Origin: Gekko japonicus
Taxonomy: Eukaryota
Assembly (NCBI RefSeq): GCF_001447785.1
Contig: NW_015164247.1
Location: 92,600-156,599, forward strand
Length of the DNA stretch: 64,000 nt
Reading direction: 5' to 3'
Shown piece after piece: positions 24,546 to 38,431 of the stretch. The notes beneath the pieces were generated by a model, which had not been told where the DNA came from, searched no databases, and saw nothing but the letters and a program-made list of their open reading frames with translations. How positions within the stretch are numbered: the first letter of the stretch is position 1; every line of letters starts with the position of its first letter. The translations under genes and the position numbers were made by a program.

Positions 24546-25499
24546 TAAAAGGCTCTCCCTCCAATCATGAGGTGCCAGTTTCCCTCTAAACATCCCAGCT
24601 CCATGACACAACAAACATTGCCTCTCACACGCCTAGGACTCCCCCTCCTTCTGAATTATGCACAGCACCTAAGAATCCTCTCCTTTTCACCTCTGGCCGA
24701 TCACAGAACATACTTGTTAGCTCACCTGGGATCATCATCCTCTTTCTCCAAGATGAAGAAAAAAAATAATCTTTTCTTTTCATTTAAACCCCAAATCCTA
24801 TAACTGAGGCTAGAATCTACCTCAGACTCTGCTGGTTTCACCCCAAATACAGCTATTGAGACTTTCTGGATTCTGGTACATAATATATGCCTACATCTTT
24901 CCTCTGTTCTTTCTTCCTGAATTTATCTTTTGGATTAATGGTTTTACAGATGTTTGGGACCCTTGGGGGGGGGTTAGAGCCCAGCCTGAGATCTATGTAC
25001 TTGGGTTACTGTTAGCACCTGCTTTTTGATCTTTTTGCCTTCCTTTTCTTGAATGACACATGCTGCACAGTGTGTGTGTGTGGCCTGCAGCAGAACAGCT
25101 GGACTCAACTCCAGTAGCACCTCAGAGACCAACAAGATTTTGGGATTATGAGTTTTGAGAGTCAAAGCATGTGTGGGGGGCATTTGGAATAGCTACATCT
25201 TAACACAGGCACTGTACTATTTGGAACTGCTATTGTATGCCTAATATTACCTGGACAAATGGAGTGTGCTAATTATTCCTATCACTAAAGCTCTCAGTAC
25301 TTCTTCCAAATTTGTTAAACAGCTTTGCTACTTTGCTAAAGTGTCTCTGTCCAGATTAGGTATGTTTCTTTTAGAACCCAAGCTAGAAGGTAAGGCGACA
25401 AAGAAAGGACCAAACTGGTAAAAACCCTATGGATATAGATGTGTGCCTAAAACACTCGTGTCCAGACCACTCGCAGTAAGACCAGATATTATTATTTTA

Positions 25500-25880
25500 G
25501 GAAGGATGTTGACAAGCTCGAGCGTGTCCAGAAGAGGGCAACAAGGATGGTGAGAGGGTTGGAATCTGAGTCTTATGAGGAAAGGCTGAAAGAGTTGGGT
25601 ATGTTTAGCCTGGGAAAGAGAAGGCTTAGAGGGGACATGATTGCAGTCTTCAAATATCTGAAGGGCTGTCACGTAGAAGATGGAGCAGATCTATTCTCTC
25701 TTGCTCTGGACTGCAAGACTAGATCTAATGGGTGGAAATTACAAGAGAGTCGATACCGGCTAAATATCAGGAGAAACTTCCTAACTGTAAGAGTGGTTGA
25801 TCAGTGGAACAGACTGCCTCAGGAGGTGGTGGATGCTCCTTCACTGGACGTTTTCAACTCTAACATTCTATGATTCTATG
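25500..25880 (+). mobile_element. CR1 LINE ORF2 3' fragment
   Basis: ORF 25547..25873 YEERLKELGMFSLGKRRLRGDMIAVFKYLKG...RRNFLTVRVVDQWNRLP; attctatgattctatg tail. Confidence 0.93.
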
Positions 25881-26944
25881 TATGTTTACCTTTTCCAGAA
25901 ATATCTGAAAAGACAGATTGGTTAGCATAAGCCTCCCTTTGCCATGTGAAGGACGGTATCCTGGACAAGTTAGGGTCAAAGTCGGCATAGGGCAAGCCTA
26001 GCCCTCTCTGTGTGCAAGACCAACAAGCCCAGACATGTACCCAGGATGGTCACTCTGACTCCTGCAGCCATCAATCTCCAGTACAGCCAGCACATAGCTG
26101 CCCTCCTACAAGGACTATGCCTTAATTTCAGCATCTCAAAAGATGACAGCATACCTGCATCCCAGCATTGTGTTTCACACCTGCACCTCTGGACTTTGCC
26201 CCTGATACTGAGGCCATCCTGGCCATGGTCTATTGTCACCATTGTTCCTGTGATAGCCCAGCCATTAATACAGCCAAGGCTATACAATGGCCGCATGCCT
26301 CACTAACAAAGGTTTCCCTTCCCAACCCGGGATTTTCTTTGTACAAAACCCCCTTTTGAGCCACTACTGGCCATCCCAGTCCATTTAGGCACAATTTTCC
26401 TATAACTAGGCTCCCAAACCAGCCATCTTTGGTTCAGTCTCCAGGATCCCCCATCACTTTTGGGTCTTCACAGATGTGCTCGCTGACCAAGCCGTCTGTT
26501 CTTCACTGGGGAATCTCCTCTTTGGAAAGCAGCTATTACCCTAAACGCTTCACCCTCTCTTGTCTCCGATTTCTTTAAGGTCACCTCAACCCTTTGTTTC
26601 TGAGCTCTTGTGTGTGTGGGTGTGTGAGATTTTTGCCAGTTAGCTGGATGTATTAGGGATATTTACTTAATAAATTTCTAAAAGTTATTTCCTGTCTGTC
26701 ATCTGTGCTGCTCCGAGTGGGTTCTGACTCTGGTATAGCTGGAGGACGATCCCTAGCTTGTGCACTTGTTAAAGGTCTCTCAGCTACATTTCCCTATCAT
26801 AAATAACACAGAGACCCAGTGTTACAGCTAACAGATGACCCAATGACAGAAGATCCTTTATAACACAGCTCCATATCCATTACCCAAGCTACCCCTCCCT
26901 GGTCAATACTAATTTTAGAAGAGGAGTTTAGAAAAACTCCCACC

Positions 26945-27470
26945 TTTGGTATTGACCTATAAGGCCTTGAGCCGCCAGGGACTGACATACCTACAGGACT
27001 GTCTCCTCCATTATGCCCCTGGGAGAGCGTTGTGCCCCTTAGACAGCAATCTGCTGGGGGTCCCCGAACCCAAGGACATCCAGCTGTCCTCAACCAGGTC
27101 CAGGGCCTTTTTGGTCCTGGCCCCAACTTGGTGGAAATCTCTGTGGGCCCTGTGGGATCTGATGCCATTCTGCAAGGACTTAGGTGGAGACATTCAACCA
27201 GGCTTTTGGTTGAGGACAGCGACGGTTCCATCTTGGCTGACACCCTCCTCTGTTATTTATATCTACCTCAATCTACCTCTACCCCCCCCCCCAGCCTGCG
27301 AAGTAGCCAGCAGTTGGAATTGGGACTGACTATTCACCATCTGATTGTGGGAATATTTTATTAATGTTTGAATTGATTTTATCTTGCTTCTGTTTTATCG
27401 ATACTATACATCGCTAAGAGCCCTGGCATGGCAGGGATTGGGCGATGCATAAATACAATAAATAATAATA
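26945..27470 (+). mobile_element. L2 LINE 3' end
   Basis: ORF 26946..27329 VLTYKAL...YLQDCL...RAFLVLAPTWW; A-rich tail. Confidence 0.8.
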
Positions 27471-27823
27471 GGTGTTGTTATTGTTGTTATACTATCATCA
27501 TTATCAAAGTTCTGTTCTGGCATAGGAGGAAGCACTTGAACAGAAACAAGAACCCAGCAAAACAGGCCACACGGGCAACTAGTGTAAAAGTTATGGATGA
27601 AGAGCCAATCTCAGAATGGAGAAAGTGTGGCAAGGGCCAAGAGGAGGCATCTTCAGTCAGCCTCCCTATGACAGGAAACCAATCTCTATATCAGATGGGA
27701 GGCAGGCTTTCTACAATAAATGATCCACATGATTTCTATAATATGTGATCTATAGCATGGGATCCATATTGTTAATTTCCCTATCTATGTACCCTTCCTC
27801 CATCTTCTTTACCATAAAATACA

Positions 27824-27855
27824 NNNNNNNNNNNNNNNNNNNNNNNNNNNNNNNN
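27824..27855. other. Assembly gap (32 N)
   Basis: Run of n. Confidence 1.
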
Positions 27856-29204
27856 TAATTCTGTTAAGTAGGTTAGTCTGACCGAGCAACTAGTCTAAGG
27901 TCATCCAGTGAACAGAGACTTGAATCTGTTCCCCTAGTTGTAGTCTGATACTCTAACTGCTATATTACATCAGCGGTCAACTTTCAAAACAGGCAATGGA
28001 ATACAGCATATCAAAGGACTCCACCGGTCACACTATTATTACATTCAAAATCCCCAGGTCCTAGGTGCTTTATTCCTACTTTTAATAGCTAGAGTAAATT
28101 CCACTCAATAAAACACTTTATTTTGATGGATGAGACTAAGCAATTGTAGGTAATCAACCAGAGAATATGAGATCTGTACTCCCCTTTTGTTTTAAACTAA
28201 AGAATGGACTTTGATTAGGATTCAAAATAATTTTGCTTAGAAAAACGTGCAGGTTCTTCACAATGCTTCTCACAATATTACTCCTTTTTTTGAGAAACAA
28301 TCTAATTCCTGGAACAGAAGATATGTCGTATCCAGATGGTGCCTGGGTGTAGATGTGTCAATACAATTTCCAGATTGGTCACGACTCACTCTTTTTACGG
28401 GAAATACAGCAAAATAGCTTTAGACATCTGCCACACATCCAACATACCAAAAGCAAAACAACTAAAATTAGCAATATTTCAGAAATATAACTTCACATAA
28501 GAAGCTATGGTATTAAATAGGAATGCAAGATGCCTTCTCTGGATCAAATGACAGTGTTTTTTGTGGGAGTTTCGTATAACGTAAAATAACAGCTTTATCT
28601 TTTTTACATTAAAAAAATTTGCCAGAACCACACAGAAAAATGTAAAAGGAAATTATAACATGTTATTACATAGGGGAGAGGGAGCAGAGAGTGCTCCTTG
28701 CACATCTTTGGATTTGTGTTAATATGAAATTCAATTTCACATGTATGTCCTCAAAGTTTATAACTATGCAGGGCTGGATTCTAAGCAGAGCAGGACTTCC
28801 TCACCTTCTCCCATTGATTCCCCCAGAATTTTGCTGGGGTTATCTAGGAACAATATGGGAGGCTGGAAGTCTATAGCTGGATGGGGAACTGGGAAAAATC
28901 ACCCTTCCCTACATCAGTAGAAGTGCTATTCCACTGACGTAACTGCAGTTATGCCTGCGGAATGGCACCTCTGGATCCAAAGAAAAATGCACAGAAAGAT
29001 TATTTCAGAAGGCACAGAACCCGACATCCCCTAGAGTCCAGTATGGCATGGAATGATATCACAACAAGCAAGAAATGCCCATTCATGAATTGTCACTAGC
29101 AAATTGCTTTGCTTCTTCCCCACCATCACTCCATATTCCAGATTTCCTGAATCAAGGTCTGCCTCCATTTGTGGGGAAATTATAGCAACTGAAGATGAAA
29201 ATTG

Positions 29205-29418
29205 GGAGGGGATGTGGCTCAGTGGCAGAGCATCTGCTTGGCATGCAGAAGGGCCCAGGTTCAACCCCCAGCATCTCCAGTTAAAAGGATCAGGTAGGAG
29301 GTGATGTGAAAGACCTCAGCCTGAGACCCTGAAGAGCCACTGCGGGTCTGAGTTGACAATACTGACTCTGATGGACCAAGGGTCTGATTCTGTATAAGGC
29401 AGCTTCATGTGTTCATGT
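29205..29418 (+). mobile_element. tRNA-Ala-like-headed SINE (Squam2-like); degenerate second copy at about 41628-41830
   Basis: ggggatgtggctcagtggcagagcatctgc...caggttcaacccccagcatctcca head plus shared body and catgtgttcatgt tail. Confidence 0.8.
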
Positions 29419-29903
29419 TAAACAGTAAAGAATGAACATTGTCAGGTGCAAAACTGATGTATGTGTTCTGCTCCAAGACCCATTGTCACATTGCACTGAA
29501 GCTTATACAAGAAGGAATAAATGCTTTAGAAAATTCTGTATACAGGATAAGGATTTGTTGTACTTTTTTGAGTGCATAAAATTATCAACCCTAAGAAGCT
29601 TGAAACAAATAAGAGCAATTAGCTGACTATTATTTTTTAGATTTTTGCAAACTATGGTTCAAGCAATGCAATGTTGACCAAAGTCAAGTGTTTGAATAGT
29701 ACACAAAATATGAATAAAGATATGAAAAATCTGAAACAGGATTTCATACTATAATATAAGGATTTATTTATAAACCAAACATTATTTAATAAGTTAGTAA
29801 ACTCCAAAGTTAATAACATTAACATTTTAGTGTGTCTAGAATATTAGTTATGAGATATTTCAAAGAACAGCAATTTAAAGGTAAGGAGAAATAAGAAACT
29901 TAC

Positions 29904-30070
29904 CAGCAGAAGAGATGCCCTTTTCCACAATCCACTGCAGGGGCTCTTAGCAAGGGGAAACTAAGTGTTTCTGAACCTGTAGTATTTGACCCCTGTCTTG
30001 TTAGCCTGACTGCTCTTTCACAGCCTGGTGTAGGGCACCATTTAATAGAAGGATTATTTTCAACAAAGGC
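29904..30070 (-). CDS. ANKIB1: ANKIB1 coding exon 8 (167 nt; [17 protein letters not shown]...[11 protein letters not shown])
   Basis: Manual translation; acceptor gcaAG, donor TG|GTAAGT. Confidence 0.96.
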
Positions 30071-30984
30071 CTTGCAGGGGGAAAGGAAAGTGGACGTTAG
30101 TTAACCATTTTGGATAAGACCCCTCTTGTCAACATGAAGTTTGAAGATGTAAATTTTGGTAGTATACAAACATATGAGGACCTAAAATAGCTACCTAGTT
30201 ATTTTATACCAACTATATTTATTTGCTATAGTAATGTATAAAACTCAGAAACAGGACTATATGAAACTAAATCTTACATAAAATTTTTGGAACATGCATG
30301 CCATTTTATACAAAAAGTAACACACGCGGGAGACTCAGGTGCTTCTGGCCTTGTAATGACATTTGGGAAGGTTCACTTAGAGGTGGCACTGGTTCCTGTT
30401 TCAAAATCAGAGTGCCTACGTGCCCCAAGGCACCTTGGCGAAACTAATAAAACAACAGCCCCACTAACAACTGAGGCTATGGTCACTGCTATGGTCTAAT
30501 TTCCCCAAGGAAAACTACAACAAAGGATGATTGGGTAATTAAAGTAGATATGACGACTAATACAACTAGCCCCCAACTGGAGTGGAATACTGACAGGAGA
30601 ATTAAATTTTAATAGCTATATGTAGAACTAAAAGACAATATCACTGAGGCATTGAAGGAGGTGACGATGAAGACAACATCACAAATGAATCTTTTCATGG
30701 AACTGAGAAAGCATAACGATTAGATATGGCTGAAATTTAAAGAGCTGTTTGTATTTACACAAGGGGCTACGAAAGCACTGAATTTTTTCTACATGCAGAG
30801 GAACTTCTAGATCAGGATAAAAAAGTAACCACAACATGAAACAGGCTGAATAATAAAGCTTTTGGGATTATTTTAATGAAGGCTGCATTTGATTAACGAG
30901 AGAATAAAGTATTTAAATTATGGCCAAAGTTTGAATAATCAATGCACAGATGCTTTAGCCACATGCTGACAATCTGATGTTTAC

Positions 30985-31129
30985 CTTAATGTCAAATTGT
31001 AGGTAACGTTTATCCATCTCCTTGGAAACCACACTTTCTATGATCTCCACTGGAACAAGCTGGAAGCAATCATATGCTGGGCAAAAAATATTGTGGGCTT
31101 CACCCTCTTGAATTTTCATATTCAAAAAC
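30985..31129 (-). CDS. ANKIB1: ANKIB1 coding exon 7 (145 nt; [21 protein letters not shown]...LQFDIK)
   Basis: Manual translation; acceptor aacAG, donor AAG|GTAAAC. Confidence 0.96.
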
Positions 31130-31514
31130 CTGTTAAATGTGCATCAGTGGTGGAAAAGGAAATATTAACTCCATAGAATTATGGAGGAAAAAATAACATA
31201 TTAATGTATTAACTCCACAAGTAAGCAGCTTGGAGAACGTATAGCTACCATACAAAGCTCTCAGCATGCATCCACAGAGGACATTCCACCAAACCTGAAG
31301 ACAGCAAGTTACCAAAAATGTGGACATATGTCATCAATTTCTATGAACAATCTTTAAACTATCTACAGAATAAATAGACAATTGTCTTTTATGGGTTTGT
31401 TTAAGAGTCAAAAAGCACTTTGTTACCCTCACATCGTGAGGTTCACTGATGGAAAGATATGGTAGGAACTACATTTTGGCACTGCAGGGTGAGCTGGTAG
31501 AATAATAATACTAA

Positions 31515-31724
31515 CAGGGCTCATTTGGGGGGGGGACGCGGGGGGACGCCATCCCCCCGGGTGAAGTGCGGGAGGGCGGGGCCTGGAGCTCCCTGCTGGT
31601 GCCCGCTGGAGGTCGCCGCCGGCTGTGGGGAGGACACACTTCCGGTGATGTCAGGGTGTGTGGCATATGCTAATGAGTTATGCTAATGAGTCCCCCTAGC
31701 TCTTTTTCTACGAAATGACCCCTG
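31515..31724. mobile_element. hAT-type MITE (same family as 47131-47635, opposite orientation)
   Basis: Ends CAGGGCTCATTT/AAATGACCCCTG; TSD aatactaa/aatactac (7 of 8). Confidence 0.85.
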
Positions 31725-32356
31725 AATACTACAGTATAGACTGTAAGATGGCCATTGAAACTGTGCCCATGCTAAAGCAGGTGGTGTTTCTCCAGAAAAA
31801 GGAATGGCTGCTGAAGCAGTTCATTGTAGAACTCCTGTGCTTCCCCTTGACAGAAATCCTGCCTATCTTGGAGACACAACAGTGCTGGCTACATAAGAGT
31901 ATTAGCAAAATTGCTGTATTTTCTCCTCAGACTTTTCTCTGTTTTATGACAGCTTTTATAAGAAGCAGTGGACTCCTGACCACTCTTCATTACTGTAGCA
32001 GTATGAGTGCTGTACCTCTTAAATTCTCTACTTACCCGTATGAACTGCTAATATTTCATAAACCATAGTTTAATTTAGCCTCTTTACTAGTTCATAGACA
32101 GGAGCTTAGGATAAACATTTTGTGTTTGCATTTTGGGACTTTCTGTAAGAACAAGCATACAGAGTGCCATCCTAAGCAGTCAATGGGCTAAGAAGGGTAT
32201 GATACTGCTTAGGGAGGCATTTGTTAGGGTGGAAATCAAACTGCCTTTATAATGGAATCCTAAGTCTCTCCAGGAACAAGCCAACAAATCAAGCTAAATC
32301 ATTAGTAATTAATGTTCGTTTTGTTTTGTTTAAAAGCCTTTAAGATGTATACTTAC

Positions 32357-32445
32357 GCCTCCCAACATGCTCTACAAAATTCATGTCCACAAGGCATATC
32401 CACTGGGTCTTCAAACACAGAAATATTACACATACAGATTTCACA
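32357..32445 (-). CDS. ANKIB1: ANKIB1 coding exon 6 (89 nt; [33 protein letters not shown]1)
   Basis: Manual translation; acceptor ccacAG, donor GC|GTAAGT. Confidence 0.96.
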
Positions 32446-32587
32446 CTGTGGATGAAAAGAGTAGGTAAGAAAATTAATCACTGCATGCTGTATAAGGAAT
32501 TCCTGAGGTACAACTAATTCTCCTTTGACACACTAGACCTGCTGCCTTTTGAATTCATGTGTTAAATTTTTCCTCATTATTTCTGAC

Positions 32588-32958
32588 CTCCTTCTTTGGA
32601 GTTTTTCAAACAGAGGCTATATGGCCATCTGACAGCAATGCTGATTCTGTGAACTCAAGTGGATCACGAGAAGGGAGGGCAGGAAGGGTTACATCAGTGC
32701 TTAGTTCTTGTGGCCCCTTTATTACATACCCAGGGAAATGCTGATTGCCACTTTGGGGTCAGGAAGCAATTGTACTCCAGGCCACTTTGGCCAGGGATCC
32801 TGGAAGGGTTGTTGTTGTTGTTGTTGTTTTGGCCCTCTTCTGGGCATAGAGCATGGGTCACTGAGAGTGTGGGAGGAGAGATATTTGTGAATTTCCTGCA
32901 TTGTGCAGGGGGTTGGACCAGATGAACCTGGAGGTCCCTTCCAACTCTATGATTCTAT
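32588..32958 (+). mobile_element. CR1 3' end (same family as 1850-2327)
   Basis: Similar 3'UTR and ctatgattctat tail. Confidence 0.88.
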
Positions 32959-34440
32959 ATTTTGAGAATCAACTGGATTTCCTTATCATATTAAGATAGC
33001 ATGAGAGAAAAGGGATAGGTCTGGAGAAACCTATAGAAACAAACAGAGAAATGCAATATACTGCCTCATCACCAGCCTGCATTGCAATGCTCTCGAGGAA
33101 CAGAAACTGAACTCTTATGAGAATGCACAGCTTAGAAAAAGTTTCTAATAAACCTCCCCAGTAAACCTTTCCATTGCCTGTTCATTTCATTGCATCTTGT
33201 AGCTGGCTAGTTCACAGAAGAAACACTGGCTGGAAATCGTTTAACTGCTATGAATTTGTCAGAATAGCGCCCATATCTGTGGAGGCAAGAAACTGCAAGT
33301 TTACAGATGAACCATTCTTTTACACATGGGCTAGGTTTTATATGACAGGTATACTTCTACTGACTTTTTTCAACTGGGCTACTGGAGAGATCATAGTGTA
33401 TATGAATACATGCATGTCATAAAATAAAATACTAAACAAAACAAAACACTAAACATGATAAAATTATTGGGATCTGTTACTTCTATTACTGATTTAATAT
33501 CAGAGAAATAAGGATTTAACTCTGAAAACAAAGCAAAATCATGAGGAAACAGTTACAAACTCCATCTTTTCAGAGAGATATTTTTGCCACAGGGCACAAA
33601 CCCAATAACATTACAGCTGCAACTTACCAAACAGAAACTGTGCTTTTAAAGAGTTTTACTGGAAATGAAAATATTTTTCACATTTGAATGTTATGCTGAT
33701 CATATGGACTGCTGCAACCTATCCCACATAGTAAAGTTCCGTGTAATTTACCAGAACTTTAGTGGGTTGACCTTTAAAATGTAAACAAAGGGAAGGTTGT
33801 TTCGTAAGCATGGAGAGATGACAGCGAAGATAATAGAAGAGTGATTAAGGAAACAGATATAGTAGAAGTGAAAATCTACAAATACATTACATAATTCCTG
33901 TACCTTCTTGTTTATTTATTGTATTTTTAATTTGCATTATAAATGGTCCGCCTTTCTCACAGAGACATACATGCAAGTGTGTGGGCAGCTATTGATCTTG
34001 CCTATTTGTAGAATGTCACCTGCAGAGGGCCCTGCTCAGATGAGTGAAGCTGTCATTGTGTAGGATAGAGGGAGAGGTAGTCCTGCAGATATGAGGGTCC
34101 ATTCTTCCCATATTCAGAGGAATGTTCTGGAAAGGGCTATAAAATCCCTTCTTGATAAGGGACCATTTTCTCAGGTCTCCTAGCTGGTATAAAGCAAGTC
34201 AGGAAGCTAATCTTAACCAGTAATAGTGGTGCGCTGCCATTTAACGAGAGGACAGAAAATAATGCCAAATGGACAAACACATGGAGAAGCTGCAGGCTGG
34301 GAGCTGCACTTTTATTATGGGCAAAGAGGCATGGAACCTCCCACCACATTGTGGAGAGCCATGTTGCTGCATAGTGGACAGAAAGCCCTTCTGATTGTTT
34401 GAATGGTGTGAATTGGCAGGCAAAAATTTCTTTCCTCCTC

Positions 34441-34716
34441 ATGGATCACTGCCTTGTCGTGGCGAGGGGGCTTCCGTAGTTCGATGAAGTTGTGGGCTAT
34501 GCTGTGAAGGGCCATGAAGGGCCACCCAAGATGGACAGGCCGCAGAAAAGAACTCAGACCAAGCGTGCAAAGGATGAGATAGTTAGACAGTGTCATAGAT
34601 GCAACGAACATGACATTGAGTGAACTTCAGAGGACAGCAGAAGACAGGAGGGCCTGGCGTGACCTGGTCCATGGGGTCGCGAAGAGTCGGACTCGACTGT
34701 GCGACTGAACAACAAA
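34441..34716 (+). mobile_element. Bov-B/RTE derivative made of the 5' end fused to the 3' end (about 275 bp)
   Basis: 5' atggatcactgccttgtc...gggccacccaagatggac; 3' ggatgagat...gacaggagggcctggcgtg...ccatggggtcgcgaagagtcggac...gactgaacaac. Confidence 0.75.
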
Positions 34717-34980
34717 GTAAAATGCTAAAGTAATTAAAACAAGTGAGGTAAGTACATCAAACATAATCACTTCCTGATTGTTTGATTACTTTCAGAAATA
34801 GTTTTATGGCAGTCATACACCAAGCAGGTGCAGAAAAACCATATGGCAAAAATCAGAAAGACAAAAACATTCATTAAGATATTTTTTTGCAACCCTGAAT
34901 CATAATATAAAGGCACTTTCTTAGTTACCTTATGTGGTCTTTTATCATAGGCAGGAAGTTATGACAAGGATGAAACGTAC

Positions 34981-35189
34981 CATAGTTGTCTCAATGTCTC
35001 CTGGTGACAGGCTGATTTCATCTGGTGAGGTGATAGAAGAACGAGTAGTCCGAGGAGTTCTTGGTGAAGGAAGTGTGTCCCAAGCATTATATCCACTTGG
35101 AGGCGGAGTTGGCATTTGAACACCTGAACGTTGGCAGCAATTTTCTGGATTAGACATCCATGCTTCAAGTAACTTCTCCCTGTCCCAGT
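34981..35189 (-). CDS. ANKIB1: ANKIB1 coding exon 5 (209 nt; [10 protein letters not shown]...GDIETTM)
   Basis: Acceptor tttaAG, donor ATG|GTACGT; ORF 34945..35157. Confidence 0.96.
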
Positions 35190-35989
35190 CTTAAATAAAA
35201 TGAGAAGACAAATGGTTAAAAGATACAGATACTGGAAGAGAGACGAAGCTTAGCAATATGCAGTTACCATCAAGAGATATTTATACTCTACAGCATATAT
35301 GCAAGATTCTTTCTAACAGTCCTGTAAATACACAATACTTTTTAGAAACATCTTCTGAACGGAATAAATGTACAGATTAGGCTAACTGTAGTTTTAACCT
35401 TTTTTCCTTGAAAAAGGAAAACACTGAAAAGTAAAATTTTTATTCATGTCTGATGAGGCTTCGTATGCTCATTATTTCCACCCAAAATTCAATACAACTG
35501 GGTGTTTTTTTCTTTCTTTTAGAGTCAGTAACACCTCTCACAAAGGTAAGCAATGTTAGATCATTATTTCTACATCAAAAGCTTTGTATTTAGGGGCAAC
35601 AATGGCCAGAGAGTAATTTCTTCTGGTTTTCCAGTTGGGACTTCAGGCAGAAAATAATGCATGTCAATACATGCTGTTCTTCTTTAAAAATGCATGCATG
35701 CATACATACAGGTTAGAGCAAAAATAAGGCTATCAGACCTCAATCCCACAAAATAAGAAATATGCTGGACTCTGGGTTTTAAACTAATTACAATTTTAAT
35801 ATTCGAGAGGGAGAGAAAACATACGGCATTCAAGTGTGAAAATGTGCTTTCTAGGTTCATGGAAAATATAAACTATGAAATAAGTATTTCCAATATATTT
35901 TGATGGACCACATCACTATATCCCATCAAAATTGCTCACCCACTTTCACTACCGCAGTTAATAATGGGGATTGATTCAGAACAGCTATA

Positions 35990-36330
35990 TATATTTATTT
36001 ATTCATTCAATTTGTATCCCGCCCTCCCCGCGAACAGGCTCAGGGCGGCTCACATCAGTTAGTACAAGGTACCATAAAATCCACATAAAACATTTAAAAC
36101 ATTTTAAAACAGTCAGATAAACACAAAGTGCTAGTAGTGATCATCATTCCATCATTAATTGAGGTGGCGTACTATAGGATGTACCAAGCAGACAAATTCC
36201 AACTCAGTGATCTTCTGGCGTCACATGATGGTATAGCTCGATCTCAAAGCTGGGGCCGGCCCATAACCACAGATGTTGGTGGTAGTGGTGAGGGCAGCTC
36301 CTAATTGAAAGCCTGGTGGAAGAGCTTTGG
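35990..36330 (-). mobile_element. L2 3' end fragment (family of 19320-19915)
   Basis: tcccgccctcccc...ggctcagggcggct and gaaagcctggtggaagagct shared with that copy. Confidence 0.7.
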
Positions 36331-37649
36331 GATTTTATCTAAATTTTATCTAAATAAAAAGCTCAAGGTAGTTCATTTTAGGCCCAATCTTCATCATTCC
36401 AGTCTTGATCAGGCCTGAACACCTCCCCTTCCCTAGCCTCCATACAAGCCTTCCCCTTCTCCCACCATCATTCCCCACCCCCAACCTACCTGGCAGCAGT
36501 AGCAAGAAGGGTTGCTACTGCCACCTCGATTATGCCCTGGAATGCTGCAGAAGTAATGCAGCGGGCTCCAGAATTGCTAGAGACTATTGCACAGCAGATG
36601 CAAAACTCCTGGGAAACTACAATACTAGGATCTCTAAGTAACCTCAGAGTAACTTAATTAAAGGCTGCAGCAGCACACCTTCACATTTCCAATGCCATTT
36701 GGTGAGGGTCTGAAGCAGAGGACTGAGCTAATTATGAATCAAGTCTAAACTTCTAGAGCTTAGCTCATTCTAAGCAATGAATTTTTGAACTAGAGAAAAC
36801 CCAGGTTCTGACCTTGAAGAGCATCTCTAATGAAAACATTTTTGTGTGCTTCAAAGAACCAAGTATGCTATTTTCCACAAAGAAAATAAGTAAAATTCAA
36901 GAGTTTCATCACTGAAACCATCAGAAACAAGAAACACCTCTTAATCTTATTACCAAGCCCAGTATTTTACAGCTTAGATCCTAACTATCTTTTTCCACTT
37001 ATGAAACGGATGTGTGTGGTTTTATCAGACTCTCCCCCCAGTACTCCCCAAGAGAGGGGTCACTGAACCTTGGAATTCAGAGAGGGGGCATGGCAAGTTG
37101 CAGCACCACTGGAGAAGTCACAAAGTTCCTTTCTATGAGCACTGCTCCATCTGTATAGTACAAGATGTAAGCCTATGTCATGTCCTAGTAAATAATTCTT
37201 TCACTGAAACTTGTTAAAATAGTGAGATTACAAGAAGTTCTGAAGCGACCGATGTTTTTATATCCATACAAGATTTCCTGCTTGCTGGATTGCACTGTTC
37301 TCTGTAGCAAGCAGTACAGCTTCAGCTAAGCTAATTCACTAAAAATAAACTGTACTGGTGCAACTGAATTAAAGCAAATACAGTTTCAATTTTGCTTGGT
37401 TAAATAATTAATCTTTTTGCTGAACACACAGAAACAGAGAAAACCTCTACTTTCTCATGTATTACAAACTGTGTGCATGCAGGGCCCCCCCCCCAAGCAG
37501 TGGTCACTAGTATCAAGCCACAGCACATTACTGCAATCCAGACCAGTTCAGGTCTCAATTACTGCCCACTAGGTGCAGGCACAGTATTCAGGTTTGCAGT
37601 TACTCATAAGAATATAACACAGACTTTTTTCTACTCCATTCTGTGTTAA

Positions 37650-38130
37650 CCAAACCTTATCTGGAATACTGTGTAAAGTTCTGGGCACCACACATTAATA
37701 AAAATATAGGCAATTTGGAACTGGTTCAGAAGAGGGCAACCAAGATTGCCAGAGGTCTGGAAAACAACTGAGGAAAGACTGAAGGAACGGGGTATGTTTC
37801 GCTTGAAAGACTGAGAGAAGATGCGATAGCACTTGTCAGTTACCTCAAGGGCAGTCACACACAAGAGGGCAAAGAATTGTTATTTACTGCTCCACAGGAA
37901 AAGTTCTAATAGGCTTCAGTTACAGGAAGGCAGATTTCATAGAAATCCTACTGGTAATGGCAGTTTGACAATGGAACCAATTATCTTGTGGGGGGGGACC
38001 GCCTCTCTTTCTCACTGGAGGTTTTCAAGCAGAAGCTGGACAGAGATTTCTTAGGATGCTCTAGTTTTGGGTTTCCTGTACAGGGGAACAAGAGGGTGGA
38101 CTAGATGGGCTCTAACGCTCATTCCAACTG
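37650..38130 (+). mobile_element. Old CR1 fragment
   Basis: ctggaatactgtgt...ggttcagaagagggcaaccaag...gaggaaagactgaaggaac...tggactagatgg. Confidence 0.75.
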
Positions 38131-38166
38131 TACAACTCTATACAAATTCAGTTTGTTTAATCATGA

Positions 38167-38431
38167 CGGAGGAGGAGATTGGATTTATACCCTGCCCTTC
38201 ACTACCCAAAGGAGTCTCAGAGCAGCTTACAATCCCTTTCCCTTCTCCTCCCCACAACAGACACCCTGTCAGGTAGGTGAGCCTGAGAAAGCTCTCCCAA
38301 GAACTGTCCTTGAGAGAACAGTGCTGAAAGAACTTATGACTGACCCAAGGTCACAACAGCAGCTGCATGTGGAGGAGTGGGGAATCAAACCCAGTTCTCC
38401 CAGATTAGAGTCCACACTCTTAACCACTACA
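38167..38431 (-). mobile_element. tRNA-derived SINE (Squam3-like)
   Basis: Same family as 4656-4927 and 8517-8808. Confidence 0.85.

Noticed and set aside
25945-26788. Possible solo LTR (TG...CA, AATAAA at about 26669); similar candidates at about 38570-39470 and 48260-48951
   Set aside because: No matching TSD or second LTR found; cannot be classified without a repeat library
29208-29279. tRNA-Ala gene
   Set aside because: Stems are mismatched and it continues into a SINE body that recurs at about 41630
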